This document shows, piece after piece, positions 19,762 to 28,973 of a stretch of 64,000 nt of DNA. The stretch is from an uncultured Albidiferax sp. (GTDB lineage Bacteria; Pseudomonadota; Gammaproteobacteria; Burkholderiales; Burkholderiaceae_C), in contig CAUPNG010000024.1 of assembly GCA_963512605.1 (NCBI GenBank), forward strand, positions 9,849 to 73,848, read 5' to 3'. Both the position numbers and the translations under genes were made by a program. The notes under the pieces are model-generated. The model was not told where the DNA came from and ran no database searches. It was given only the letters and a program-made list of their open reading frames with translations. Each line of letters begins with the position of its first letter. The stretch's first letter is position 1.

Positions 19762-20730
19762 ATGACCCGCCCCCGCTTTCTCCCCGACGACTTCACCCTG
19801 CTTCTGATTGCCGTGATCACCCTGGCCAGCCTGTGGCCCGCCCAGGGCGTGGTGGCGCAGGGGTTTGAGTGGCTCACCACGGCGGCGATTGCGCTGCTGT
19901 TCTTTTTGCACGGGGCCAAGCTGTCGCGGGCGGCGGTGGTGGCCGGTATCAGCCACTGGCGGCTGCATCTGCTGGTGCTGGGCTGCACGTTTGCGCTGTT
20001 TCCGGTGCTGGGGCTGCTGCTCAAGCCAGTGTTCAGTTTCATGCTCACGCCCGATCTGGCGCTGGGCATGCTGTTTTTATGCACCTTGCCCGCCACGGTG
20101 CAGTCGGCCATTGCGTTTACCGCCATGGCGCGCGGCAATGTGTCGGCTGCCGTGTGCAGCGCCTCGGCCTCCAGCCTGATCGGGGTGTTCATCACGCCGC
20201 TGCTGGTGGGCTGGCTGGTGGTGCCCGGCGGCGTGTCGGGTGCGGGCGAGCTGGAGGCGGTGGGCCGCATCATGCTGCAGTTGATGTTGCCGTTTGTGCT
20301 GGGCCAGTTGTTGCAGCCATTGGTGGGCGGCTTTGTGAAAACGCACGCGGCCAAGCTCAAATATGTGGACCAGGGCTCGATCTTGTTGGTGGTCTACACC
20401 GCGTTCAGCGCGGCGGTGATCGAGGGCCTGTGGAAGCAGGTGCCGCTGCCCATTTTGCTGGGCGTGGTGGTGGCCAGCTGCGTGCTGCTGGCCCTGGTAC
20501 TGGTGCTGACCACCCGGCTGGGCCGCCTGCTCGGCTTTTCGCAAGAAGACCAGATCACCATCGTCTTTTGCGGTTCCAAAAAGAGCCTGGCCAGCGGCGT
20601 ACCCATGGCCAAAGTGCTGTTCGCCGCGCCGGTGGTGGGCGTGATGCTGCTGCCGCTGATGATCTTCCACCAAATCCAGTTGATGGTCTGTGCCGTGCTG
20701 GCGCAGCGTTATGCAAAGCGTGCCCCATGA
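19762..20730 (+). CDS. bile acid:sodium symporter (BASS) family transporter
   Basis: 322-aa polytopic ORF, YfeH-like (...LCTLPATVQSAIAFTAMARGN...). Confidence 0.8.
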   Translation: MTRPRFLPDDFTLLLIAVITLASLWPAQGVVAQGFEWLTTAAIALLFFLHGAKLSRAAVVAGISHWRLHLLVLGCTFALFPVLGLLLKPVFSFMLTPDLALGMLFLCTLPATVQSAIAFTAMARGNVSAAVCSASASSLIGVFITPLLVGWLVVPGGVSGAGELEAVGRIMLQLMLPFVLGQLLQPLVGGFVKTHAAKLKYVDQGSILLVVYTAFSAAVIEGLWKQVPLPILLGVVVASCVLLALVLVLTTRLGRLLGFSQEDQITIVFCGSKKSLASGVPMAKVLFAAPVVGVMLLPLMIFHQIQLMVCAVLAQRYAKRAP

Positions 20731-21803
20731 GAAATCCTTTAGACACCCTCCGCCCCGATGTACGCGCCATGCATTCCTACGTGGTGCAGGATGCCACCGG
20801 CATGGTCAAGCTGGACGCGATGGAGAACCCGCACCGGCTGCCTCCCGCCCTGCAGGCCGCGCTGGGCCAACGCCTGGGCGAGGTGGCGTTGAACCGCTAC
20901 CCCGATGGCCGGGTGGACTTTTTGCGCCAGGTGCTGGCGGCACACACCGGCCTGCCTGCGGGCTACGGCCTGATTCTGGGTAACGGCTCGGACGAAATCA
21001 TCAACCTGCTGGCCATCGCCTGTAACCGCCCCGGTGCCACCGTGCTGGCCCCGGTGCCGGGCTTTGTGATGTACGGCATGGCCGCGCAGTTGCTGGGTCT
21101 GGACTTTGTGGGCGTGCCCTTAACGGCAGACTTTGAGCTGGACACGCCCGCCATGCTGGCTGCCATCGCCCAGTACCAGCCCGCCATCGTTTACCTGGCC
21201 TACCCGAACAATCCCACGGCCAACCTATGGGATGACGCGGCCATCGAGCAGATCATTGAAGCCGCGCCCGGCCTGGTGGTGATTGACGAGGCCTACCAGC
21301 CGTTTTCCAGCAAAACCTATCTGGACCGGCTCACGCGCCACCCCCATGTGCTGCTGATGCGCACGCTGAGCAAGTTTGGCCTGGCCGGGGTGCGCCTGGG
21401 CTACCTGATCGGCCCGCAGGCGCTGGTGGCCGAGATCGACAAGGTGCGCCCGCCCTACAACGTCAGCGTGCTCAATTGCGAGTGCGCGCTGTTTGCCCTG
21501 GCACACCTGGAGGAGTTTGCGGCCCAGGCGCAGGAGATACGGACGCAACGCACTATTATTTCTGCAGCGCTGGGGGTGTTGCCGGGCGTAAAAGTCTGGC
21601 CCAGCGATGCGAATATGCTGCTGGTGCGGGTCCAAGGTGAAGGTGATATGGCAGCCAAAACCTTTGAAGGTATGAAGGCCCAGGGCGTGCTGGTCAAGAA
21701 CGTTTCTAAAATGCATCCCTTGCTGCTTAATTGCGTGCGCATCACCATCGGCACCGCCGAAGAGAATTTGCGCATGCTGGCCGCCTTTCAAAAATCTTTA
21801 TGA
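20727..21803 (+). CDS. hisC: histidinol-phosphate aminotransferase
   Basis: ...[12 protein letters not shown]..., PLP-lysine context [13 protein letters not shown]. The ATG overlaps the upstream stop. Confidence 0.9.
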   Translation: MRNPLDTLRPDVRAMHSYVVQDATGMVKLDAMENPHRLPPALQAALGQRLGEVALNRYPDGRVDFLRQVLAAHTGLPAGYGLILGNGSDEIINLLAIACNRPGATVLAPVPGFVMYGMAAQLLGLDFVGVPLTADFELDTPAMLAAIAQYQPAIVYLAYPNNPTANLWDDAAIEQIIEAAPGLVVIDEAYQPFSSKTYLDRLTRHPHVLLMRTLSKFGLAGVRLGYLIGPQALVAEIDKVRPPYNVSVLNCECALFALAHLEEFAAQAQEIRTQRTIISAALGVLPGVKVWPSDANMLLVRVQGEGDMAAKTFEGMKAQGVLVKNVSKMHPLLLNCVRITIGTAEENLRMLAAFQKSL

Positions 21804-22399
21804 CCACGACCCACCGTACCGCCGAAGTCAGCCGCAACACCGCTGAAACCCAAATTACCGTCAAGCTCAACCTGGACGGCACCGGCAAGTCCACGCTGCA
21901 CACCGGCATCGGCTTTTTCGACCACATGCTGGACCAGATCGCCCGCCACGGCCTGATCGACCTGGACATCCATTGCGTGGGCGATCTGCACATCGACGGC
22001 CACCACACCGTGGAAGACGTGGGCATCACCCTGGGCCAGGCGGTGCACAAGGCCGTGGGCGACAAGAAGGGCATCCGCCGCTACGGCCATGCCTACGTGC
22101 CACTGGACGAGGCGCTGAGCCGCGTGGTGATCGACTTCTCGGGCCGCCCCGGCCTGGAAATGCACGTGCCTTTTACCAGCGGCATGATTGGCGGCTTCGA
22201 CAGCCAGCTCACCTACGAGTTCTTCCAGGGCTTTGCCAACCACGCGTTTGTCACCCTGCACATCGACAACCTGAAGGGCGTGAACGCCCACCACCAGGCC
22301 GAGACCGTGTTCAAGGCCTTTGCCCGCGCCCTGCGCTCTGCGCTGGAGCTGGATCCGCGCTCGGTGGGCGTGATCCCGTCCACCAAGGGAAGTCTGTAA
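21800..22399 (+). CDS. hisB: imidazoleglycerol-phosphate dehydratase
   Basis: ...[18 protein letters not shown]...[16 protein letters not shown]... The ATGA junction overlaps hisC. Confidence 0.95.
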   Translation: MTTTHRTAEVSRNTAETQITVKLNLDGTGKSTLHTGIGFFDHMLDQIARHGLIDLDIHCVGDLHIDGHHTVEDVGITLGQAVHKAVGDKKGIRRYGHAYVPLDEALSRVVIDFSGRPGLEMHVPFTSGMIGGFDSQLTYEFFQGFANHAFVTLHIDNLKGVNAHHQAETVFKAFARALRSALELDPRSVGVIPSTKGSL

Positions 22400-22436
22400 C
22401 TAACCACCCGCGATGCTTCAGCCGGAACGCACTTGC

Positions 22437-22529
22437 TCCAGAGATACCGTGGAACCGGCTTTGCCGGGCCACTGGTATCGCCCCCTGCAAGGGGGTTGGC
22501 GAAAACACGAAGTGTGTAGCCTGGGGGTG
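22437..22529 (-). repeat. ~95 bp repeat element, copy B (inverted relative to copy A)
   Basis: The reverse complement (cacccccaggctacac...cgccaacccccttgcagggggcgataccagtggcccggcaaagccggttccacggtatctctgga) aligns with 13781-13876. Confidence 0.85.
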
Positions 22530-22542
22530 AGTGTCAATCTAG

Positions 22543-22590
22543 GTAAAATCGGCCTCTACCGCTCATTCCTCCTGCACAAGCAGCAATCAA
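22543..22590 (-). repeat. dispersed 45-50 bp repeat, copy 4 (reverse orientation)
   Basis: gtaaaatcggcctctaccgctcattcctcctgcacaagcagcaatcaa. Confidence 0.8.
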
Positions 22591-22591
22591 A

Positions 22592-23257
22592 TTGATAGCA
22601 AATAAAACCGTCGCCGTGGTGGACTACGGCATGGGCAACCTGTTCTCTGTATCGCAAGCCGTGATGCATGTGGCCGCTGCCAGTGGCTACCAGGTGGTGG
22701 TCACCTCCCGCCCCGAAGACGTGTTCGCCGCCGAGCGCATCGTGCTGCCCGGCCAGGGGGCCATGCGCGACTGCATGCGCGAGCTGCATGATTCCGGCCT
22801 GAAAGAAGCCGTGCTGGATGCCGCGCGCAACAAGCCGCTGATGGGCGTGTGCGTGGGCATGCAAATGCTGCTGGACCACAGCGAAGAGCAGGACACGCCC
22901 GGCCTGGGACTGATCCCCGGCACCGTGCGCCGTTTTGACCTGGCGGGCCGTCTGCAGGCCGATGGCAGCCGCTTCAAGGTGCCGCAAATGGGCTGGAACC
23001 AGGTGCGCCAGCAGGTCCACGGCGGCCAGCGCCACCCGGTGTGGGGCGAGGTGCCCGACAACAGCTACTTCTACTTCGTGCACAGCTTTTACGCCGATCC
23101 GTCGGATGCACGCCACAGCGCGGGCTTGACGGAGTACGGCGCAGCGTTTAGCGCGGCCATTGCACGTGATAATATTTTTGCGACACAATTCCACCCAGAG
23201 AAGAGCGCCGAACACGGTTTATCGCTCTACCGCAATTTCTTGCACTGGTCTCCCTAA
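22592..23257 (+). CDS. hisH: imidazole glycerol phosphate synthase, glutamine amidotransferase subunit
   Basis: ...[14 protein letters not shown]..., catalytic GVCVGMQ and FHPEKS. TTG start at 22592 (uncertain). Confidence 0.92.
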   Translation: MIANKTVAVVDYGMGNLFSVSQAVMHVAAASGYQVVVTSRPEDVFAAERIVLPGQGAMRDCMRELHDSGLKEAVLDAARNKPLMGVCVGMQMLLDHSEEQDTPGLGLIPGTVRRFDLAGRLQADGSRFKVPQMGWNQVRQQVHGGQRHPVWGEVPDNSYFYFVHSFYADPSDARHSAGLTEYGAAFSAAIARDNIFATQFHPEKSAEHGLSLYRNFLHWSP

Positions 23258-23287
23258 TTCTTTTACCAACCCGCTGTTCACGGCACC

Positions 23288-24031
23288 ATGCTTCTCATTC
23301 CTGCGATCGATCTGAAAGACGGCCACTGCGTACGCCTCAAACAAGGCGACATGGACCAATCCACCACCTTTGGCGAGGATCCCGCCGCCATGGCCCGTAG
23401 CTGGGTCGACAAGGGTGCGCGGCGGCTGCATCTGGTGGACCTGAACGGCGCGTTTGCGGGCAAGCCCAAGAACGAAATGGCCATCCGCAAGATCCTCAAA
23501 GAGGTGGGCGGCGAAATCGACGTGCAGCTCGGCGGCGGCATCCGCGACCTGGACACCATCGAGCGCTACCTCGACGCGGGCCTGCGCTACGTCATCATCG
23601 GCACCGCCGCGGTCAAGAACCCCGGCTTTTTGCAGGACGCGTGCACCGCGTTTGGCGGCCACATCATCGTGGGCCTGGATGCCAAGGACGGCAAGGTCGC
23701 CACCGACGGCTGGAGCAAGCTCACCGGCCACGAAGTGGTGGACTTGGCCAAGAAGTTCCAGGACTACGGCGTGGAATCCTTCATCTACACCGACATTGGC
23801 CGCGACGGCATGCTGTCGGGCATCAACATCGAAGCCACCGTCAAGCTGGCCCAGGCCCTGCACACCCCCGTCATCGCCTCCGGCGGCCTGAGCAACATTG
23901 CCGACATCGAGCGCCTGCTGGACGTGGAAGACGAAGGCATCGAAGGTGTCATCTGTGGCCGCGCCATCTACACCGGCGACCTCGATTTCACCTCGGCCCA
24001 GGAACGCGCCGACAACTACGGCGATGTCTGA
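23288..24031 (+). CDS. hisA: ProFAR isomerase
   Basis: [22 protein letters not shown]... and ...[14 protein letters not shown]... Confidence 0.95.
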   Translation: MLLIPAIDLKDGHCVRLKQGDMDQSTTFGEDPAAMARSWVDKGARRLHLVDLNGAFAGKPKNEMAIRKILKEVGGEIDVQLGGGIRDLDTIERYLDAGLRYVIIGTAAVKNPGFLQDACTAFGGHIIVGLDAKDGKVATDGWSKLTGHEVVDLAKKFQDYGVESFIYTDIGRDGMLSGINIEATVKLAQALHTPVIASGGLSNIADIERLLDVEDEGIEGVICGRAIYTGDLDFTSAQERADNYGDV

Positions 24032-24866
24032 GTTGCAGGCCCGCCCCGAAGTCTTCCAGAACCAACCCTGCCTGCGCCTGCACCACGCCAATGGCGACAC
24101 GGTGCTGGTGGCGCTGCACGGCGCGCACGTGCTGTCGTGGACCAGCGGCGGAGTAGAGCGGCTGTACCTGAGCCCCGAAGCGGTATTTGACGGCGCCGCC
24201 GCCATCCGCGGTGGCGTGCCGGTGTGCTTTCCGCAGTTCAACATGCGCGGCCCCTTGCCCAAGCACGGCTTTGCCCGCACGTCGGCCTGGACGGCATCGG
24301 CGGGTGGGGAAGATTGGCTGGAGCTGCAACTGCATAGCAGCCCCGCCACGCTGGCCCTGTGGCCCCACGCCTTCACCGCCACCCTGCGCATCGACCTGGC
24401 ACCGGGCGCGCTGGAGCTGGGCTTTACCGTACACAACACCGGCGAGCAGCCGCTGGACTTCGCCCTGGCCCTGCACACCTACCTGCGCGTGCAGGACCTG
24501 CCCGGCCTGGACCTGCGCGGCCTGGCCGGACAGCCCTACTGGGACGACGTGGCCCAGACCGACCGGCTGGAAACCGACGTGGTGATTTTTGAAGGCGAGG
24601 TAGACCGGGTCTACCAGGCCGCCGCCGAACCTCTGACTTTGGTGGATGGCCCGGTGCAACTGCGCATCGATCAGAGCCCGGAGCTGGCCCAGACGGTGGT
24701 CTGGAACCCCGGCCCGACCAAATGCGCCGCGATTGCCGACATGCCGTTTGACGGCTTCAAGCACATGGTCTGCGTGGAAGCCGCGCACGTCAACACGCCG
24801 GTGACCCTGGCCGCAGGTGCCGAGTGGACCGGCTGGCAACGGCTGATCGTCGTCACTCCCGACTAA
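24024..24866 (+). CDS. D-hexose-6-phosphate mutarotase (aldose 1-epimerase family, YeaD-like)
   Basis: ...[13 protein letters not shown]...ALHTYLRV... Start at ATG 24024, overlapping the hisA end by 8 nt. Confidence 0.8.
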   Translation: MSELQARPEVFQNQPCLRLHHANGDTVLVALHGAHVLSWTSGGVERLYLSPEAVFDGAAAIRGGVPVCFPQFNMRGPLPKHGFARTSAWTASAGGEDWLELQLHSSPATLALWPHAFTATLRIDLAPGALELGFTVHNTGEQPLDFALALHTYLRVQDLPGLDLRGLAGQPYWDDVAQTDRLETDVVIFEGEVDRVYQAAAEPLTLVDGPVQLRIDQSPELAQTVVWNPGPTKCAAIADMPFDGFKHMVCVEAAHVNTPVTLAAGAEWTGWQRLIVVTPD

Positions 24867-24887
24867 TCTCATATTCTGGACATTGCC

Positions 24888-25670
<783 letters not shown>

Positions 25671-25715
25671 ACCAAATCGGCCCTTCGTGCCCATTCCATG
25701 GGCGTGACAAGCTAT
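25671..25715 (-). repeat. dispersed 45-50 bp repeat, copy 5 (reverse orientation, AGCTTGTC subfamily)
   Basis: accaaatcggcccttcgtgcccattccatgggcgtgacaagctat. It starts 1 nt after the hisF TAA. Confidence 0.8.
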
Positions 25716-25772
25716 CAATTGCATAGCGATTGGGTGGGCGATCTCCAGACCTCTGGCGCGGACCACCGGGTT

Positions 25773-26108
25773 TCAGGCTTCCAGGCGAAAGTGCCCGCTG
25801 CGCAACAGCGCTTCGCTGTCGGCGCGGGCCACCCGCTGCACCGGTTGGGCGGCAGAAAACGGGTACATGCGGCCCGTGCTGGGTCCGCGCACCTGCACCG
25901 CCGAGCGGGCCAGGTAGCGCAGGTTCAGGCTGCCCAGACCGACCGGCGCTGCGTTCGGTACCGATACCGTCGCCGGGGCCGGAGGCTTAGCGAACGAGGC
26001 GAACCGGGCCGGTGTCGGTGCGTGGTTCGGTGGGAACGTGGGTGTGGTCGGAGGCATCGCCAGGCGGGCCGTCGCCAGCGCCTCGCGTTTCTGTCCGCAG
26101 CAGCTCAT
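25773..26108 (-). CDS. hypothetical 111-aa protein (N-terminal MSCCGQKR, Pro/Ala-rich linker, conserved-looking C-terminal ~50 aa)
   Basis: Strong G/C preference at codon position 3 along the whole ORF. Canonical RBS (aaGGAGaccaagATG). It overlaps the 3' end of the upstream gene by 122 nt in another frame. No family recognised. Confidence 0.6.
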   Translation of the reverse strand: MSCCGQKREALATARLAMPPTTPTFPPNHAPTPARFASFAKPPAPATVSVPNAAPVGLGSLNLRYLARSAVQVRGPSTGRMYPFSAAQPVQRVARADSEALLRSGHFRLEA

Positions 26109-26427
26109 CTTGGTCTCCTTCGGGTAGTTCGAGAAGGGGGGGTGGGGTGGCAGGCCCCAGGCGTTCCAGCAAACAGGCCGCGCCTGACAAGCCCAGCCAG
26201 GCCAGCAGCCATTCCACAGGGTCGCGGGCCACGGCCAGGGCCACCGGTGCGGCCACCCACAGGCTCAGGCAGTAAAAGCAGTCCAGCATCTGCCCCCACA
26301 CACCCTGGCCTGCCGCCATGCGCAGGCGCAGCACGGCATCCCAGGGGCCGTCTTCGTGCGCCAGCAGGTGCGCCAGCCGCCAGGTGGCCAGCGCGCCCAG
26401 CACGGCGGGAAACCAGGGCGCGTCCAT
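25987..26427 (-). CDS. DUF1360-like small integral membrane protein
   Basis: ...ALATWRLAHLLAHEDGPWDAVLRLR...LDCFYCLSLWVAAPVAL... fits the DUF1360 pattern (YRLT.L...D...P.R ... C.WC.S.W) as recalled from memory. The ATG at 26427 lies 2 nt after the stop of the 756-aa gene. Confidence 0.65.
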   Translation of the reverse strand: MDAPWFPAVLGALATWRLAHLLAHEDGPWDAVLRLRMAAGQGVWGQMLDCFYCLSLWVAAPVALAVARDPVEWLLAWLGLSGAACLLERLGPATPPPLLELPEGDQDELLRTETRGAGDGPPGDASDHTHVPTEPRTDTGPVRLVR

Positions 26428-26429
26428 GC

Positions 26430-28700
26430 TCAGTTGGGGGTGGGCAGGTCGTTGCAGATCTTCACCGGCCACGAGGCCTGCGCATAGTTCACGCCGCAGG
26501 GCCGCCCCGTGCGGTCGTACACCGTCAGGCTGAAGGTGTAGACGCAGCAGGCACCGCGCGGGGTGGCAAAGTCGTCGGGCACAAAGTAGGGCAAGAAGGC
26601 TTTGCAGGCCGGGTCGATGGCGCGCAGGTCAAACATCGCCAGCAGGCCGATCACCTGCGGCACGGTGGGCACGCCGCAGCGTGTGCCGGGGTCGCCCACC
26701 CGGCTGGTGCCAAAGTAGCAGGTACCGCCGGGGCCGGGCACCGGGATGCTGATGGCCGGGCCGCCCTGCTTGGTGACCGACACCACGTAGTAGTCGAAGT
26801 TGTCGTTCGGCCGGGTCAGCGGCAGGAACTCGTCGATGTACTCGTCGTAGGCAATGCCCGATACCGGCAGGCTCCACGGCACACTGCAGTCTGGTGGCTG
26901 GGCAAACTGGCTGACGAACAGGTCGGCGCACTGCGGCACGGCATCGATGCGGATCAGCGCACTCAGCGGCTTGTTGTCCAGCCAGACGCGCTGGGTATCG
27001 CAGTAGGTGCCGCCCAGCGTGTCTTCCACCAGCAGGCGGATGGTGTACAGGCCGCTGAGCTGGCAGCCGCCGATGTTGCTGGACCAGCCCGAGGGCGACA
27101 GCAGCGCCTGTGGGTCGTTCAACAGGCACCAGGGTGGGAAGGGCACCGGCACCAGGCAATCGGCCGTCCAGTAGGCGGTGAGCACCGAGGTGTCTGTGCG
27201 CATGTTGATGGCCCGGTACTGCGCCGCCGTGCTGAACTCCACCGACCAGAAGTTGCTCCAGCCCGGCGTGGTGCAGTCGGGCTCGAACCCGGCCTTGTAG
27301 TCCAGCGTGTAGCGCTTGATCTTCAGGCTGTCGTCGCAGCCGCCGATGCTGGCTGCGCCCAGTACCGCCAGGCAGGTGCCAAACGAGGCTTCGAAGGTGC
27401 CCGCCGGGCGGCCACACAGCGCGGGCAGGTTGTCGATGAGGCGCGCGCCCGGGTCGGTCCAAGGGGCATCCAGTGCGGTGCTGCCGCCGATGCCGAGGAT
27501 GCGCACGTCCTTCTTGAACACCGAAAACACCGTCTGGCAGGGGATGGTGGACTGGTTGCTGCCCAACACCGTGACCCGCACAAAGTAGGTGCCCGCGTTC
27601 AGCAAGGTGGTGTTGAGGTAGCCCAGCAGGCCGCCTACCACCGGGCTGCTGCCCTGTACCGTGTTGCCTGGGGGCACGGGCGGGTAGACGAAGTTGGCCG
27701 CATGCCAGACCGCGCCGTTGAGCGACCATTCCAGCACGTAGTGGCTAAAGCCCAGGCCCGCTGCCGTGCCGGTGATGGGCACCACCATGGCCGGAATGGC
27801 GGCGTTGACCTCTTCGGCCACGCAGCCGTCCGGGCCGGTCAGGGCGCACTGCAGTGGGCGGAAGCACTCGCGCAGGCAGCGCCAGTAGCTGCGCGCGCAA
27901 CGGGCCACGTCCACCAGGCTGCGGGCGCGGGCCAGGCAGCAGCCGAAGCGGATGGCGCACAGGCACCAGCAGCGGCAGAACCAGAACCAGGGCTGGGCGC
28001 TGTGCTCCTTGAACGCAGCGGCCCCCAGCAGGGCCTGGGCGGTGTCGACCGTCAGCAGGCGCTCGAACACGGCGGCGGCTTCTTCCTCGCCCTCCTGGCA
28101 ATCGACCTGGCCGCCGTCAATCGCCTCGGGCAGGCCCGCGGTGAAGTCCACCGTGGCCAGCTGGTCCGACAGGTAGGGCCGGTAGGCCTTGGCCAGGGCC
28201 CCTATCAGCGTGTCCAGGTCCTTGCGCTCGGTGGCGCTGAGCCTGCCGGGCGTGACCGGCGTGCCCAGCACTTCGCGTACGCACAGCCAGTAGCGGTACA
28301 GGTAGTAGGCCGACAGGCGGAAACTGCGCGGGCGGCGGCACAGCAACCAGCCAAAGATGATGCAGCAGCGGATGTGCAGCAGACACCAGCGCCAGTTGTC
28401 GGTAGGGCCCAGCAGCTCACGGGCCTGCGCGGGCAGCAGGGCCAGGGTGGTTTTTTCATCGGCAAAACGGCTAAACAGGCGCTGCGCCATGGCGATTTCG
28501 GCCTCGCAGTCGGGCTCTTGCTGGCTGGCCTCTTTGGCCAGGGCCTGCAGGTCGTTGGCACGCTGCAGGTCCTCTTCCAGGATGGGCCGGTAGACACCCA
28601 CCAGGGCCTCCAGCACCTGCTGGAACTCGGGGTTGTCCGGGCTCGGATCGTTCGGGTCGGTATCGCGCAACGCAGCATCGTGGGTGGAGTTAGCGGGCAT
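26430..28700 (-). CDS. hypothetical 756-aa Cys/Trp-rich protein (duplicated N-terminal module plus three PKD/Ig-like C-terminal modules)
   Basis: High GC3 throughout and RBS caGGAGaccaccATG. About 36 Cys. No N-terminal signal peptide is evident. No family recognised. Confidence 0.8.
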   Translation of the reverse strand: MPANSTHDAALRDTDPNDPSPDNPEFQQVLEALVGVYRPILEEDLQRANDLQALAKEASQQEPDCEAEIAMAQRLFSRFADEKTTLALLPAQARELLGPTDNWRWCLLHIRCCIIFGWLLCRRPRSFRLSAYYLYRYWLCVREVLGTPVTPGRLSATERKDLDTLIGALAKAYRPYLSDQLATVDFTAGLPEAIDGGQVDCQEGEEEAAAVFERLLTVDTAQALLGAAAFKEHSAQPWFWFCRCWCLCAIRFGCCLARARSLVDVARCARSYWRCLRECFRPLQCALTGPDGCVAEEVNAAIPAMVVPITGTAAGLGFSHYVLEWSLNGAVWHAANFVYPPVPPGNTVQGSSPVVGGLLGYLNTTLLNAGTYFVRVTVLGSNQSTIPCQTVFSVFKKDVRILGIGGSTALDAPWTDPGARLIDNLPALCGRPAGTFEASFGTCLAVLGAASIGGCDDSLKIKRYTLDYKAGFEPDCTTPGWSNFWSVEFSTAAQYRAINMRTDTSVLTAYWTADCLVPVPFPPWCLLNDPQALLSPSGWSSNIGGCQLSGLYTIRLLVEDTLGGTYCDTQRVWLDNKPLSALIRIDAVPQCADLFVSQFAQPPDCSVPWSLPVSGIAYDEYIDEFLPLTRPNDNFDYYVVSVTKQGGPAISIPVPGPGGTCYFGTSRVGDPGTRCGVPTVPQVIGLLAMFDLRAIDPACKAFLPYFVPDDFATPRGACCVYTFSLTVYDRTGRPCGVNYAQASWPVKICNDLPTPN

Positions 28701-28815
28701 GGTGGTCTCCTGTATTGGGCCCTTTATGGGCTGGATTCAATATAGGAGCCGGGCCAAAAACCGTGTCCACCAATTTGGGGATAAATGCGGTGGTGGACTG
28801 ATTGCTACAGTTGTA

Positions 28816-28860
28816 ATAGCTTGTCGTGCTGATGGAATAAGCGCAAAGGGCCTGTTGGGC
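28816..28860 (+). repeat. dispersed 45-50 bp repeat, copy 6 (forward orientation, AGCTTGTC subfamily)
   Basis: atagcttgtcgtgctgatggaataagcgcaaagggcctgttgggc. Confidence 0.8.
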
Positions 28861-28973
28861 TCAAAGTGTGTGTCGCGCTTGTCCTACGCAAAGTCCGCTC
28901 CCTGACCGACCTGCATCCAGCGCCCACGGCGCGTTAATGGAGACTTCAGACACAACACCTGCGGGGCGCACAC

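Noticed and set aside
26430-28700. The 756-aa protein as a PEP-CTERM substrate of the XrtA system at the other end of the window
   Set aside because: Its C-terminus (...WPVKICNDLPTPN) has no PEP motif, TM helix or basic tail. No ORF in the window ends with a PEP-CTERM sorting signal.
25698-28745. A 1015-aa ORF on the plus strand covering the whole novel-operon region
   Set aside because: It is antisense to three ORFs that have proper RBSs and genome-typical G/C third positions. Its translation is Arg/Gly/Ala/His/Pro-rich low-complexity sequence, typical of shadow ORFs in high-GC DNA.
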